DNA of 39,465 nucleotides from a virus (Duplodnaviria; Heunggongvirae; Uroviricota; Caudoviricetes): IMG/VR virus record IMGVR_UViG_2526164598_000015; one strand, 5' to 3'. Shown piece by piece: positions 16,396 to 23,893 of this stretch (position 1 is its first letter; each line of letters starts with the position of its first letter). The notes under the pieces were generated by a model. It saw only the letters and a program-made list of their open reading frames with translations, ran no database searches and was not told where the DNA came from. The position numbers and the translations under genes were made by a program.

Positions 16396-16472
16396 GCGTT
16401 GTTAGCTCAGCCGGACAGAGCAATTGCCTTCTAAGCAATCGGTCACTGGTTCGAATCCAGTACAACGCGCCA
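16396..16472 (+). tRNA. tRNA-Arg (anticodon TCT, decodes AGA/AGG)
   Basis: 77 nt; acceptor stem GCGTTGT/ACAACGC, anticodon stem ATTGC/GCAAT with loop CTTCTAA, T-loop TTCGAAT, 3' CCA encoded. Confidence 0.85.
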
Positions 16473-16485
16473 CGCTTATTTTTCC

Positions 16486-16510
16486 AGGCTCGCTTCGGCG
16501 GGCCTTTTTC
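16486..16510 (+). terminator. Candidate terminator after the tRNA cluster
   Basis: AGGCTCGC-TTCG-GCGGGCCT hairpin (one wobble) followed by TTTTT. Confidence 0.45.
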
Positions 16511-16719
16511 ATATCCGCGCCCGTTATGAAGCGCCACCGCGTTCTGCTAATGCTGAAGCCCTTCGTCAGCTGACTGATGTTGCAGATACTGATGATACTG
16601 TGAATGTGCTGTGTCTGTGTCTGGATATCGCTGACCAGGACGGTATCGGTCAGGAAGAAGAAGCGCAACTGAAGAAAATTGCGCAGGCGCTGCAGTTGCC
16701 GCTGGAGCAGTACCTGTGA
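16511..16719 (+). pseudogene. Gene remnant: 3' fragment of an ORF with no start codon (..YEAPPRSANAEALRQLTDVADTDDTVNVLCLCLDIADQDGIGQEEEAQLKKIAQALQLPLEQYL*)
   Basis: Open frame begins inside the terminator/tRNA-flanking sequence with no ATG; protein-like acidic helical sequence. Confidence 0.35.
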
Positions 16720-16956
16720 AAAGTGCGCGCCTTGTGCTGGCTGTCATCCTGTTGTTTCTGGTAGTGATGGTGGATTTCACCGGACGACTGATGTCAGTGC
16801 TGGCAGATGGTGTGCTGGTGGCGATGGCGCTGATCGTGCTCCGGCCTTTACTGCGTAAATCTGAATAACATCACACAAAAGGCATCTGCGGGTGCCTTTG
16901 ACGGGGTGTTTTTTTACGGGTCGCTGGTGGCCCTTTTTTTATTTTCAGGAGGAAGT

Positions 16957-17349
16957 ATGTCTGAACCCTTATCCGGTTCCGGCACGGCTGCGGCGCTGGG
17001 TGGCGCGACGGTATTCGGGCTGTTTACCGGGATGGATTTCGGGATTGTGTTTGGCGCGTTCGCCGGGGCGTTATTTGTGGCAACGATGCCGCAGTCACTT
17101 TCAGTCTGGCGCGTGGTGGCGCATTTTCTGGTGTCGTTTATTGTCGGCGTGCTGGGAGCGCGTGTGCTGTCAGCCTGGATTGCATCAAAAACAGGGTATG
17201 ACGGTACATCAGCAGATGCGCTTTGCGCGGTGCTGGTCTCGGTGGTGTCGGTGAAGATTCTCTCGTTCATCCACCAGCAGGATATTGCATCGCTGGTGTC
17301 CGGTGTGTTCTCCCGCCTGCGGGGTGGAGGAGGCGGCAATGTTAAGTAA
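16957..17349 (+). CDS. Putative holin (multi-helix membrane protein), first gene of lysis cassette
   Basis: ATG 16957 with AGGAGGAAG RBS; glycine-rich hydrophobic helices; position upstream of endolysin. Confidence 0.5.
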   Translation: MSEPLSGSGTAAALGGATVFGLFTGMDFGIVFGAFAGALFVATMPQSLSVWRVVAHFLVSFIVGVLGARVLSAWIASKTGYDGTSADALCAVLVSVVSVKILSFIHQQDIASLVSGVFSRLRGGGGGNVK

Positions 17350-17614
17350 CCTTCCCGGATTGCTGAATGTGGCGTTATGCACGGTTATCGTGCTGACGCT
17401 CTTTTTTTATCGTCGCCGTGATTCCAGACATAAACCGCTGGTGTCATGGCTGGCCTGGCTGCTGATGCTGCTGTATGCCTTTGCGCCCCTCAGCTATCTG
17501 TGTGGTCGCCCGTTAGCAACGGGCTGGCTGGAAGTGTTTTTTAACCTGCTGTTCTGCGTGCTGGTGATACACGCACGCGGGAACGTCACAAAAATCTTTC
17601 CATTGTTGAGGTGA
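17339..17614 (+). CDS. Putative holin/antiholin-like membrane protein (92 aa)
   Basis: ATG 17339 with GGAGGAGG RBS; three hydrophobic segments; overlaps flanking genes. Confidence 0.5.
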   Translation: MLSNLPGLLNVALCTVIVLTLFFYRRRDSRHKPLVSWLAWLLMLLYAFAPLSYLCGRPLATGWLEVFFNLLFCVLVIHARGNVTKIFPLLR

Positions 17615-17994
17615 ATATGCCGGGTAAATTCAGATTCAGCCGTCGCAGTGAAAAAAATCTGGAGGGTGTCAAACCACAGCTGGTTGCTGTAGTTCGCCGT
17701 GCGCTGGAGCTGACGGAGGTTGATTTCGGTATTACGGAAGGCCTGCGCAGTAAGTATCGCCAGAAACAGCTGGTTGCGGAAGGGAAAAGCCAGACCATGA
17801 ACAGCCGCCACCTGACCGGTGATGCGGTGGATGTTGTGGCCTACATCGGCAGCCAGGTGTCATGGGAGTGGCCTCTGTACGAGAAAATCGCACAGGCATT
17901 TAAGCAGGCTGCCGCAGAGCTGGGGATCGCTATCGAATGGGGCGGGGACTGGAAAACGCTGAAAGACGGACCTCACTTTCAGCTGAAGCGATAA
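17611..17994 (+). CDS. Endolysin, peptidase M15 family (L-alanyl-D-glutamate / D-Ala-D-Ala peptidase type)
   Basis: 127 aa; zinc-ligand-type motifs SRHLTGDAVD and DGPHFQL; no N-terminal signal-anchor segment. Confidence 0.8.
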   Translation: MNMPGKFRFSRRSEKNLEGVKPQLVAVVRRALELTEVDFGITEGLRSKYRQKQLVAEGKSQTMNSRHLTGDAVDVVAYIGSQVSWEWPLYEKIAQAFKQAAAELGIAIEWGGDWKTLKDGPHFQLKR

Positions 17995-17998
17995 GTAA

Positions 17999-18034
17999 AA
18001 CAAAACCCCGGCTGGGGGAACAGTCCGGGGTTTT
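17999..18034. terminator. Hairpin with flanking A-run and T-run (possible bidirectional terminator) after endolysin
   Basis: AAAACCCCGG ... CCGGGGTTTT 10-bp stem with 13-nt loop, TTTTT downstream. Confidence 0.5.
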
Positions 18035-18126
18035 TAGTTTTCACGTCAAAGGGGAAATTGTGATTAGTGAGTAGGGAGAAAATCCTCGTGGGAAAGTATA
18101 AAAGATTCTTTTTGAGGTTGTCCATT

Positions 18127-18243
18127 ATGAAAGGTATTGAAATGGAAACTCCCGCGAGCCTTGATTTGACAAGGGCTGCGGCCTTTGCAATTCGCCTTGT
18201 GGCGGTCGCTGTTCTGATTTGGGCTGTGCGTTGGTGGTGATAT
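18127..18243 (+). CDS. Very small membrane protein (38 aa), hypothetical
   Basis: MKGIEMETPASLDLTRAAAFAIRLVAVAVLIWAVRWW; single TM; stop abuts start of lipoprotein ORF. Confidence 0.3.
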
Positions 18244-18424
18244 GGCGCGAAAACACTGGACACACAGAATGCCGCGAACGGCGGTGAAACGGGCACTGGT
18301 AGCGATACTGGTGCCTTTTTTATTGGTGGGGTGCGTCAGCCTGGATAAGGCGCGCCAGCTTTTCGATACCGCGTCTCAGGTCTGTGAAATTGTCGACGGT
18401 GTTCGGCAGTGTCTGCAGAACTGA
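18242..18424 (+). CDS. Small lipoprotein (lipobox LLVGC); possible outer-membrane lysis accessory (o-spanin-like) or exclusion protein
   Basis: Signal peptide MPRTAVKRALVAILVPFLLVGC then Cys; mature part about 36 aa with three Cys; not proline-rich like classical Rz1. Confidence 0.4.
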   Translation: MARKHWTHRMPRTAVKRALVAILVPFLLVGCVSLDKARQLFDTASQVCEIVDGVRQCLQN

Positions 18425-18595
18425 TCGCCTGTAAGAGCAGAATATTTTGCTGAAAAATGAAGGATGCGCCAGCGTCCGGTAAGCATGAAATTCTGTGTTT
18501 GTGGCTACTCAATAAAATAAATTCTTTCTGTCGCCGCGAATACTCAAATGTTGATCAGTGCCCGGTGCGGCGACGGGCTTCGATATCAGGAGACG

Positions 18596-18991
18596 ATGAT
18601 GGAAAAAACAGAAAACAAACCGATTGTAATTGGTGCTGATGCTGCTCCGTTTAAGTTTGAGTTGTCTCAACTGGTGGAGATGCGTATCAGTGATGAATGG
18701 GGTGAGGTTAAAGCCCGTGCGCAGTATGCGGATGGCGAAAACCAGTACTTGATCCACTACAAAGCAGCTGATGGTCGCGCCACGACGGAGTGGTTTGGTG
18801 AGTCAATGCTGGAAGCAACAGAAGATGATCGTCATCCGGGTTGTCCGGTATTTGCCGGTATGAAATTACCGGAAGGTGCAGTTGAACTGCAGCCGGGTGA
18901 GGTGTTCGTAATGACAGACATCATTGATGGTAAACCGCAGTATTCGCGTATTGAAATGAATAGTAAGAGTGCTCGCCTGATTCGTGAGTAA
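18596..18991 (+). CDS. Hypothetical protein (131 aa), moron candidate between lysis genes and cos
   Basis: ATG 18596 with AGGAGACG RBS; acidic soluble protein; followed by a 14-bp-stem hairpin. Confidence 0.55.
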   Translation: MMEKTENKPIVIGADAAPFKFELSQLVEMRISDEWGEVKARAQYADGENQYLIHYKAADGRATTEWFGESMLEATEDDRHPGCPVFAGMKLPEGAVELQPGEVFVMTDIIDGKPQYSRIEMNSKSARLIRE

Positions 18992-19379
18992 CAGGCATTA
19001 CAGCAGCCCTTCACTCTAAGGGGTTGCTGTAATGTGAGAAATAAAAAACCGGTCACAGGGAGCAGCTACACAGAAGCGGCCGGCGAAGACCGCCAATACC
19101 ACCCATGCATTGATGCAACATACTAATGACAATAGCCGCTATTGATGTAAATGCAATGTTATGCATCGACGAAAATAAAAAACCGGCAGGGGAAATCCAT
19201 TGAAGATTTGCCGGTGGCAAAAGAGGGCCATGTTTTTAACCTTAGTCGCAGAGTTACGGAGTGCAACTACGAATGCTGCCGGTATATGGCTGAATGGCGT
19301 TTCAATGATGTACGTCATCTTATCTGTAAATGTTAATGACAAACGCTCTCATTTGTGCGGGTCCTTCCGGTGGGGTGGC

Positions 19380-19560
19380 CTGCCACGGGGCGGGAGCGTC
19401 GCGGAAAAAGGCTAGTTTTTGAAATTTCATTCGTCATCACCACTAATGTAATATATTGATATTACAGTGTTTTTATTTTTGTGGTGTCTATTTTGATTGT
19501 TTTTTGTTCATCACTAACACCGTTTGCCTAAAGTTGTTCGCAAGATGCATGTTTAAAACA
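19380..19560 (+). other. Lambda-like cos site: cosN-like GGGCGGGAGCGT (19388-19399) followed by cosB-like elements
   Basis: CACGGGGCGGGAGCGTCGCGG resembles lambda ACGGGGCGGCGACCTCGCGGG; downstream TTCGTCATCACC and TGTTTTTATTTTTG resemble lambda R3 / I1 elements as recalled; about 186 bp upstream of the Nu1-like gene, as in lambda. Confidence 0.5.
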
Positions 19561-19573
19561 TTCTGGAGCGGGT

Positions 19574-20068
19574 ATGGATCGAGAGTTAAAAAATCTGACG
19601 CTGAATATCAGTCAACTGGCGGCACTGTCAGGTGTACATCGCCAGACTGCTGCGGCAAGGCTGCAAAATCTACCCGTTGCAGGGGGGCATGAAAGCAACC
19701 TCAAGCTTTATCGGGTGGTTGATATTGTGTCGGCATTTCTGGCATTACCACCGCCGGTTGCAGAAGGCGAAATGGACGCGCATGAGCGCAAAGCCTGGTA
19801 TCAGTCTGAACGTGAGCGTCTTAAGTTCGAACAGGAAACGGCACAACTCATTCCGGCCAGTGATGTCAGACGGGAGTTTGCCATCTGGGCAAAAGCGGTC
19901 GTGCAGGTGCTGGAGACATTACCGGATATTCTGGAACGTGACTGCGGCCTGCAGCCTGCCGCTGTGAGCCGTGTTCAGTCCATTATTGATGATCTGCGCG
20001 ATCAGATAGCCCTGCGGGTGACTGAAGCAGGTGCGGATGATGAGGAGGAATTACAGCAGGAGGAGTAA
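19574..20068 (+). CDS. Terminase small subunit (Nu1-like)
   Basis: 164 aa; N-terminal HTH-like segment (LNISQLAALSGVHRQTAAARL); acidic C-terminus; directly upstream of terminase large subunit. Confidence 0.8.
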   Translation: MDRELKNLTLNISQLAALSGVHRQTAAARLQNLPVAGGHESNLKLYRVVDIVSAFLALPPPVAEGEMDAHERKAWYQSERERLKFEQETAQLIPASDVRREFAIWAKAVVQVLETLPDILERDCGLQPAAVSRVQSIIDDLRDQIALRVTEAGADDEEELQQEE

Positions 20069-22176
20069 TGCTGAATCAGGAAACCGCAAAGGCAGCACGA
20101 ACCGATTCAGGTTATATCCTTCGCGCACCGAGACGAATGCGGGTTGCTGATGCCGTTGCTCAGTATATGCGGGTGCCCATGGGGGCAGGGAACTCAGTCC
20201 CGTGGGATCCGCTGGTGGCACCGTATGTTATTGAGCCGATGAACTGCCTGGCCTCGCGTGAATACGACGCAGTGATATTTGTTGGCCCGGCACGAACCGG
20301 CAAGACTATCGGCCTGATTGACGGCTGGGTGATTTACAACGTGATTTGCGATCCTGCTGATATGCTGATTATTCAGATGACGGAGGAAAAAGCCCGCGAA
20401 CACTCCAAAAAACGACTCGCCAGAACGTTTCGCGTCAGCCCGGAAGTGGTCAGTCGCCTGAGTCCGAACAAAAATGACAACAACGTTTATGACAGAACAT
20501 TCCTTGCTGGTAACTACCTGAAAATCGGCTGGCCGTCAGTCAATATCATGTCCTCATCAGATTATAAATGCGTCGCGCTGACGGATTATGACCGTTTTCC
20601 GGAAGATATTGATGGCGAGGGGGATGCTTTCTCTCTTGCCTCAAAACGTACCACCACATTTATGTCCAGTGGTATGACGCTGGTGGAGAGTTCCCCCGGC
20701 AGAGATGTGAAGGATGTGAAATGGCGACGGACTTCACCGCATGAGGCTCCACCAACCACGGGGATACTGTCGCTCTATAACCGTGGCGATCGCCGTCGCT
20801 GGTACTGGCCCTGTCCACACTGTGGTGAGTATTTTCAGCCCTGCGGCGATGTGGTTGCTGGTTTCCGTGATATTGCCGATCCCGTGCTGGCAAGTGAGGC
20901 GGCTTATATTCAGTGTCCTTCCTGTTCAGGACGGATTATGCCTGAACAAAAACGTGAGCTGAACGGACGTGGGGTCTGGTTGCGGGATGGTGAATCCATC
21001 AATGCGGATGGCAGTCGTTATGGTGATCCCCGACGCTCACGTATTGCGTCATTCTGGATGGAGGGTCCGGCAGCTGCTTACCAGACACTCTCGCAACTCG
21101 TTTACAAACTGCTTACTGCAGAACAGGAATACGAGACAACCGGAAGTGAAGAAACACTCAAGACGGTTATCAATACCGACTGGGGATTACCTTATCTTCC
21201 CCGCGCCAGCATGGAGCAACGAAAAAGTGAACTGCTTGAGCAGCGGGCAGAGCCAGTTCCTTCCCGCAGTGTGCCGGATGGCGTTAATTTTCTTGTGGCG
21301 ACAGTGGATGTGCAGGCGGGACGTCATCGCCGTTTTGTGGTTCAGGTAACGGGCTATGGCAGCCGTGGCGAACGCTGGATTATTGATCGTTACAACATCA
21401 CGCAGTCATTGCGCGGTGACAGCGACGGGGAGAGCCAGCGAATTGATCCGGCCAGCTATCCGGAAGACTGGGATGTCCTGCTGACGGATGTTTTTCATAA
21501 AAGCTGGCCGCTGGCCTCCGATCCTTCTCAACAAATGCGACTGATGGCAATGGCGGTGGACTCCGGCGGTGAAGACGGGGTCACTGATAATGCCTATAAA
21601 TTCTGGCGTCGTTGCCGTCGTGATGGCCTTGGTAAACGTATTTACCTGTTTAAGGGCGACAGCATCCGGCGCGCAAAACTGATCACCCGAACATTCCCTG
21701 ATAACACCGGACGAACGGGCCGACGGGCGCAGGCCGCAGGTGATGTGCCGCTCTGGCTTCTTCAGACGGATGCACTGAAAGACCGGGTGAATAACGCGTT
21801 ATGGCGTGACTCGCCAGGTCCCGGCTATGTGCATTTCCCTGACTGGCTGGGGAGCTGGTTTTACGACGAACTGACGTATGAAGAGCGGAGCAGTGACGGG
21901 AAATGGAGTAAGCCGGGTCGCGGTGCCAACGAAGCTTTTGACCTGATGGTGTATGCCGAGGCTCTGGTCATTCTGCATGGATACGAAAAGATCCGCTGGC
22001 CGGATGCACCGGAGTGGGCGAGCCGGGAAACCTGGCTGGAGTGTGTCCCGGACAGTATCGAACCGTCACCCTCACCCTCACCGGAACCGGTATCCACGCC
22101 TGTTAAAAAACAAAAACGGAAGAAAACAGTAACTGACGATGTTAACCCCTGGCTGACTTCCGGAGGATGGTTATGA
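20068..22176 (+). CDS. Terminase large subunit (lambda gpA-like)
   Basis: 702 aa; start overlaps small-subunit stop (TAATG); Walker-A-like VIFVGPARTGKT; size and position. Confidence 0.9.
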   Translation: MLNQETAKAARTDSGYILRAPRRMRVADAVAQYMRVPMGAGNSVPWDPLVAPYVIEPMNCLASREYDAVIFVGPARTGKTIGLIDGWVIYNVICDPADMLIIQMTEEKAREHSKKRLARTFRVSPEVVSRLSPNKNDNNVYDRTFLAGNYLKIGWPSVNIMSSSDYKCVALTDYDRFPEDIDGEGDAFSLASKRTTTFMSSGMTLVESSPGRDVKDVKWRRTSPHEAPPTTGILSLYNRGDRRRWYWPCPHCGEYFQPCGDVVAGFRDIADPVLASEAAYIQCPSCSGRIMPEQKRELNGRGVWLRDGESINADGSRYGDPRRSRIASFWMEGPAAAYQTLSQLVYKLLTAEQEYETTGSEETLKTVINTDWGLPYLPRASMEQRKSELLEQRAEPVPSRSVPDGVNFLVATVDVQAGRHRRFVVQVTGYGSRGERWIIDRYNITQSLRGDSDGESQRIDPASYPEDWDVLLTDVFHKSWPLASDPSQQMRLMAMAVDSGGEDGVTDNAYKFWRRCRRDGLGKRIYLFKGDSIRRAKLITRTFPDNTGRTGRRAQAAGDVPLWLLQTDALKDRVNNALWRDSPGPGYVHFPDWLGSWFYDELTYEERSSDGKWSKPGRGANEAFDLMVYAEALVILHGYEKIRWPDAPEWASRETWLECVPDSIEPSPSPSPEPVSTPVKKQKRKKTVTDDVNPWLTSGGWL

Positions 22177-22385
22177 ACCAGAATGATATCGAAGCCATGA
22201 TTCAGCGTTATACGGAAGCTGAAATGGCGGTGCTGGACGGAAAATCCGTCACCTTTAATGGTCAGCAGATGACCATGGAAAACTTATCTGAGATCCGGCA
22301 GGGACGGCAGGAGTGGGAGCGCCGCCTTGCGGCTCTGATTACACGACGACGGGGGCATCCCGGGTACCGGCTGGCGAGGTTCTGA
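22173..22385 (+). CDS. W: Head-tail joining protein (gpW-like)
   Basis: 70 aa; C-terminus RRRGHPGYRLARF resembles lambda W end (..RRRGPAGFYV) as recalled; GGAGGA RBS. Confidence 0.7.
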   Translation: MNQNDIEAMIQRYTEAEMAVLDGKSVTFNGQQMTMENLSEIRQGRQEWERRLAALITRRRGHPGYRLARF

Positions 22386-23893
22386 TGGCAATTCTTGATG
22401 ATGTGATTGGCGTTTTTTCACCAGGATGGAAAGCGGCAAGGCTGCGTTCCCGTGCGGTGATCCAGGCTTATGAGGCCGTAAAAACGACGCGGACACACAA
22501 AGCCCGGCGGGAGAACCGAACTGCCGACCAGTTAAGCCAGTACGGGGCCGTGTCGTTACGTGAGCAGGCCCGTTACCTTGATAACAACCACGATCTGGTT
22601 ATTGGTGTATTTGACAAGCTGGAAGAACGGGTGGTGGGGAAAAACGGGATTATTGTCGAGCCACATCCGGTATTACGCAATGGGGCCATTGCCCGTGATC
22701 TGGCAGCGGAGATACGCACCCGATGGAGTGAATGGTCTGTCAGTCCGGAAGTCACCGGGCAGTTTACCCGTCCGATGCTGGAACGTCTGATGCTGCGTAC
22801 CTGGCTGCGCGATGGTGAGGTGTTTGCCCAGATGGTTTCCGGGCGCATAAACAGCCTGACGCCTTCTGCCGGTGTTCATTTCTGGCTGGAGGCGCTCGAG
22901 CCGGACTTTATTCCCATGACCAGTGATGAGAGCAACAGGCTGAATCAGGGCGTGTTTGTTGATGACTGGGGGCGTCCCGAAAAATATCTGGTGTATAAAA
23001 GCCGTCCCGTATCCTGGCGGCAGATGGAAACCAAAGAAGTGGATGCAGAGCGAATGCTGCATCTTAAATTTGTTCGCCGTCTGCACCAGATGCGCGGGAC
23101 GTCTTTGTTGTCCGGTGTGCTGATCCGCCTCAGTGCCCTGAAAGAGTATGAAGATTCTGAGCTGACTGCAGCAAGGATCGCCGCTGCTCTGGGGATGTAC
23201 ATCCGGAAAGGCGACGGGCAGAGCTATGAACCGGATGGTAATGGCAGCAAGGAGAATGAACGCGAGCTTACCATTCAGCCAGGCATTATTTACGACGATC
23301 TGAAACCCGGCGAAGAAATCGGAATGGTAAAGTCGGATCGTCCCAATCCTAACCTTGAAACTTTTCGTAATGGTCAGTTGCGTGCCGTGGCGGCGGGCAG
23401 TCGTCTGAGTTTTTCCAGTACGGCACGCAACTATAACGGCACTTACAGCGCCCAGCGTCAGGAACTGGTTGAGTCTACTGATGGCTACCTGATCCTGCAG
23501 GACTGGTTTATTGGTGCCGTCACCCGCCCGATGTATCGTGCCTGGCTGAAACAGGCTGTGGCATCCGGTGTTATCAGGCTACCCCGCGATCTTGACCGTT
23601 CTTCACTGTATACCGCGGTGTATTCCGGACCAGTGATGCCGTGGATTGACCCTGTTAAGGAGGCTGAGGCCTGGAAAATCCAGATTCGTGGTGGAGCGGC
23701 GACAGAATCAGACTGGGTACGTGCTGGTGGTCGTAATCCGGATGATGTCAAACGTCGGCGCAAGGCCGAAATTGATGAAAACCGCAAGCTGGATCTGGTA
23801 TTTGATACCGATCCGGCCAGTGATAAAGGAGGCAGCAGTGCCGCAACGAAACGACAGGAGCCGCAGCACACCGACGACCAGTCCGAAGAATAA
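22385..23893 (+). CDS. Portal protein (lambda gpB-like)
   Basis: 502 aa from ATG 22385 (overlaps W stop); position between W and protease-capsid gene. Confidence 0.85.
   Translation: MAILDDVIGVFSPGWKAARLRSRAVIQAYEAVKTTRTHKARRENRTADQLSQYGAVSLREQARYLDNNHDLVIGVFDKLEERVVGKNGIIVEPHPVLRNGAIARDLAAEIRTRWSEWSVSPEVTGQFTRPMLERLMLRTWLRDGEVFAQMVSGRINSLTPSAGVHFWLEALEPDFIPMTSDESNRLNQGVFVDDWGRPEKYLVYKSRPVSWRQMETKEVDAERMLHLKFVRRLHQMRGTSLLSGVLIRLSALKEYEDSELTAARIAAALGMYIRKGDGQSYEPDGNGSKENERELTIQPGIIYDDLKPGEEIGMVKSDRPNPNLETFRNGQLRAVAAGSRLSFSSTARNYNGTYSAQRQELVESTDGYLILQDWFIGAVTRPMYRAWLKQAVASGVIRLPRDLDRSSLYTAVYSGPVMPWIDPVKEAEAWKIQIRGGAATESDWVRAGGRNPDDVKRRRKAEIDENRKLDLVFDTDPASDKGGSSAATKRQEPQHTDDQSEE

Noticed and set aside
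16223-16472. tRNA genes as a possible prophage integration (att) target
   Set aside because: They are internal to the prophage between the Q-like gene and the lysis cassette, far from int; the att junctions lie outside this window
16277-16780. Minus-strand ORFs overlapping the three tRNA genes
   Set aside because: They run through well-formed tRNA cloverleaves and a terminator; spurious
16510-16960. Shiga-toxin-like or other toxin cargo downstream of the tRNAs
   Set aside because: No A/B-type toxin ORFs present; only a start-less gene fragment and a short hydrophobic ORF
19139-19415. Small ORFs (61-71 aa) in the region upstream of cos
   Set aside because: Overlapping frames in a repeat-rich regulatory region with no RBS; more likely non-coding cos-flanking sequence
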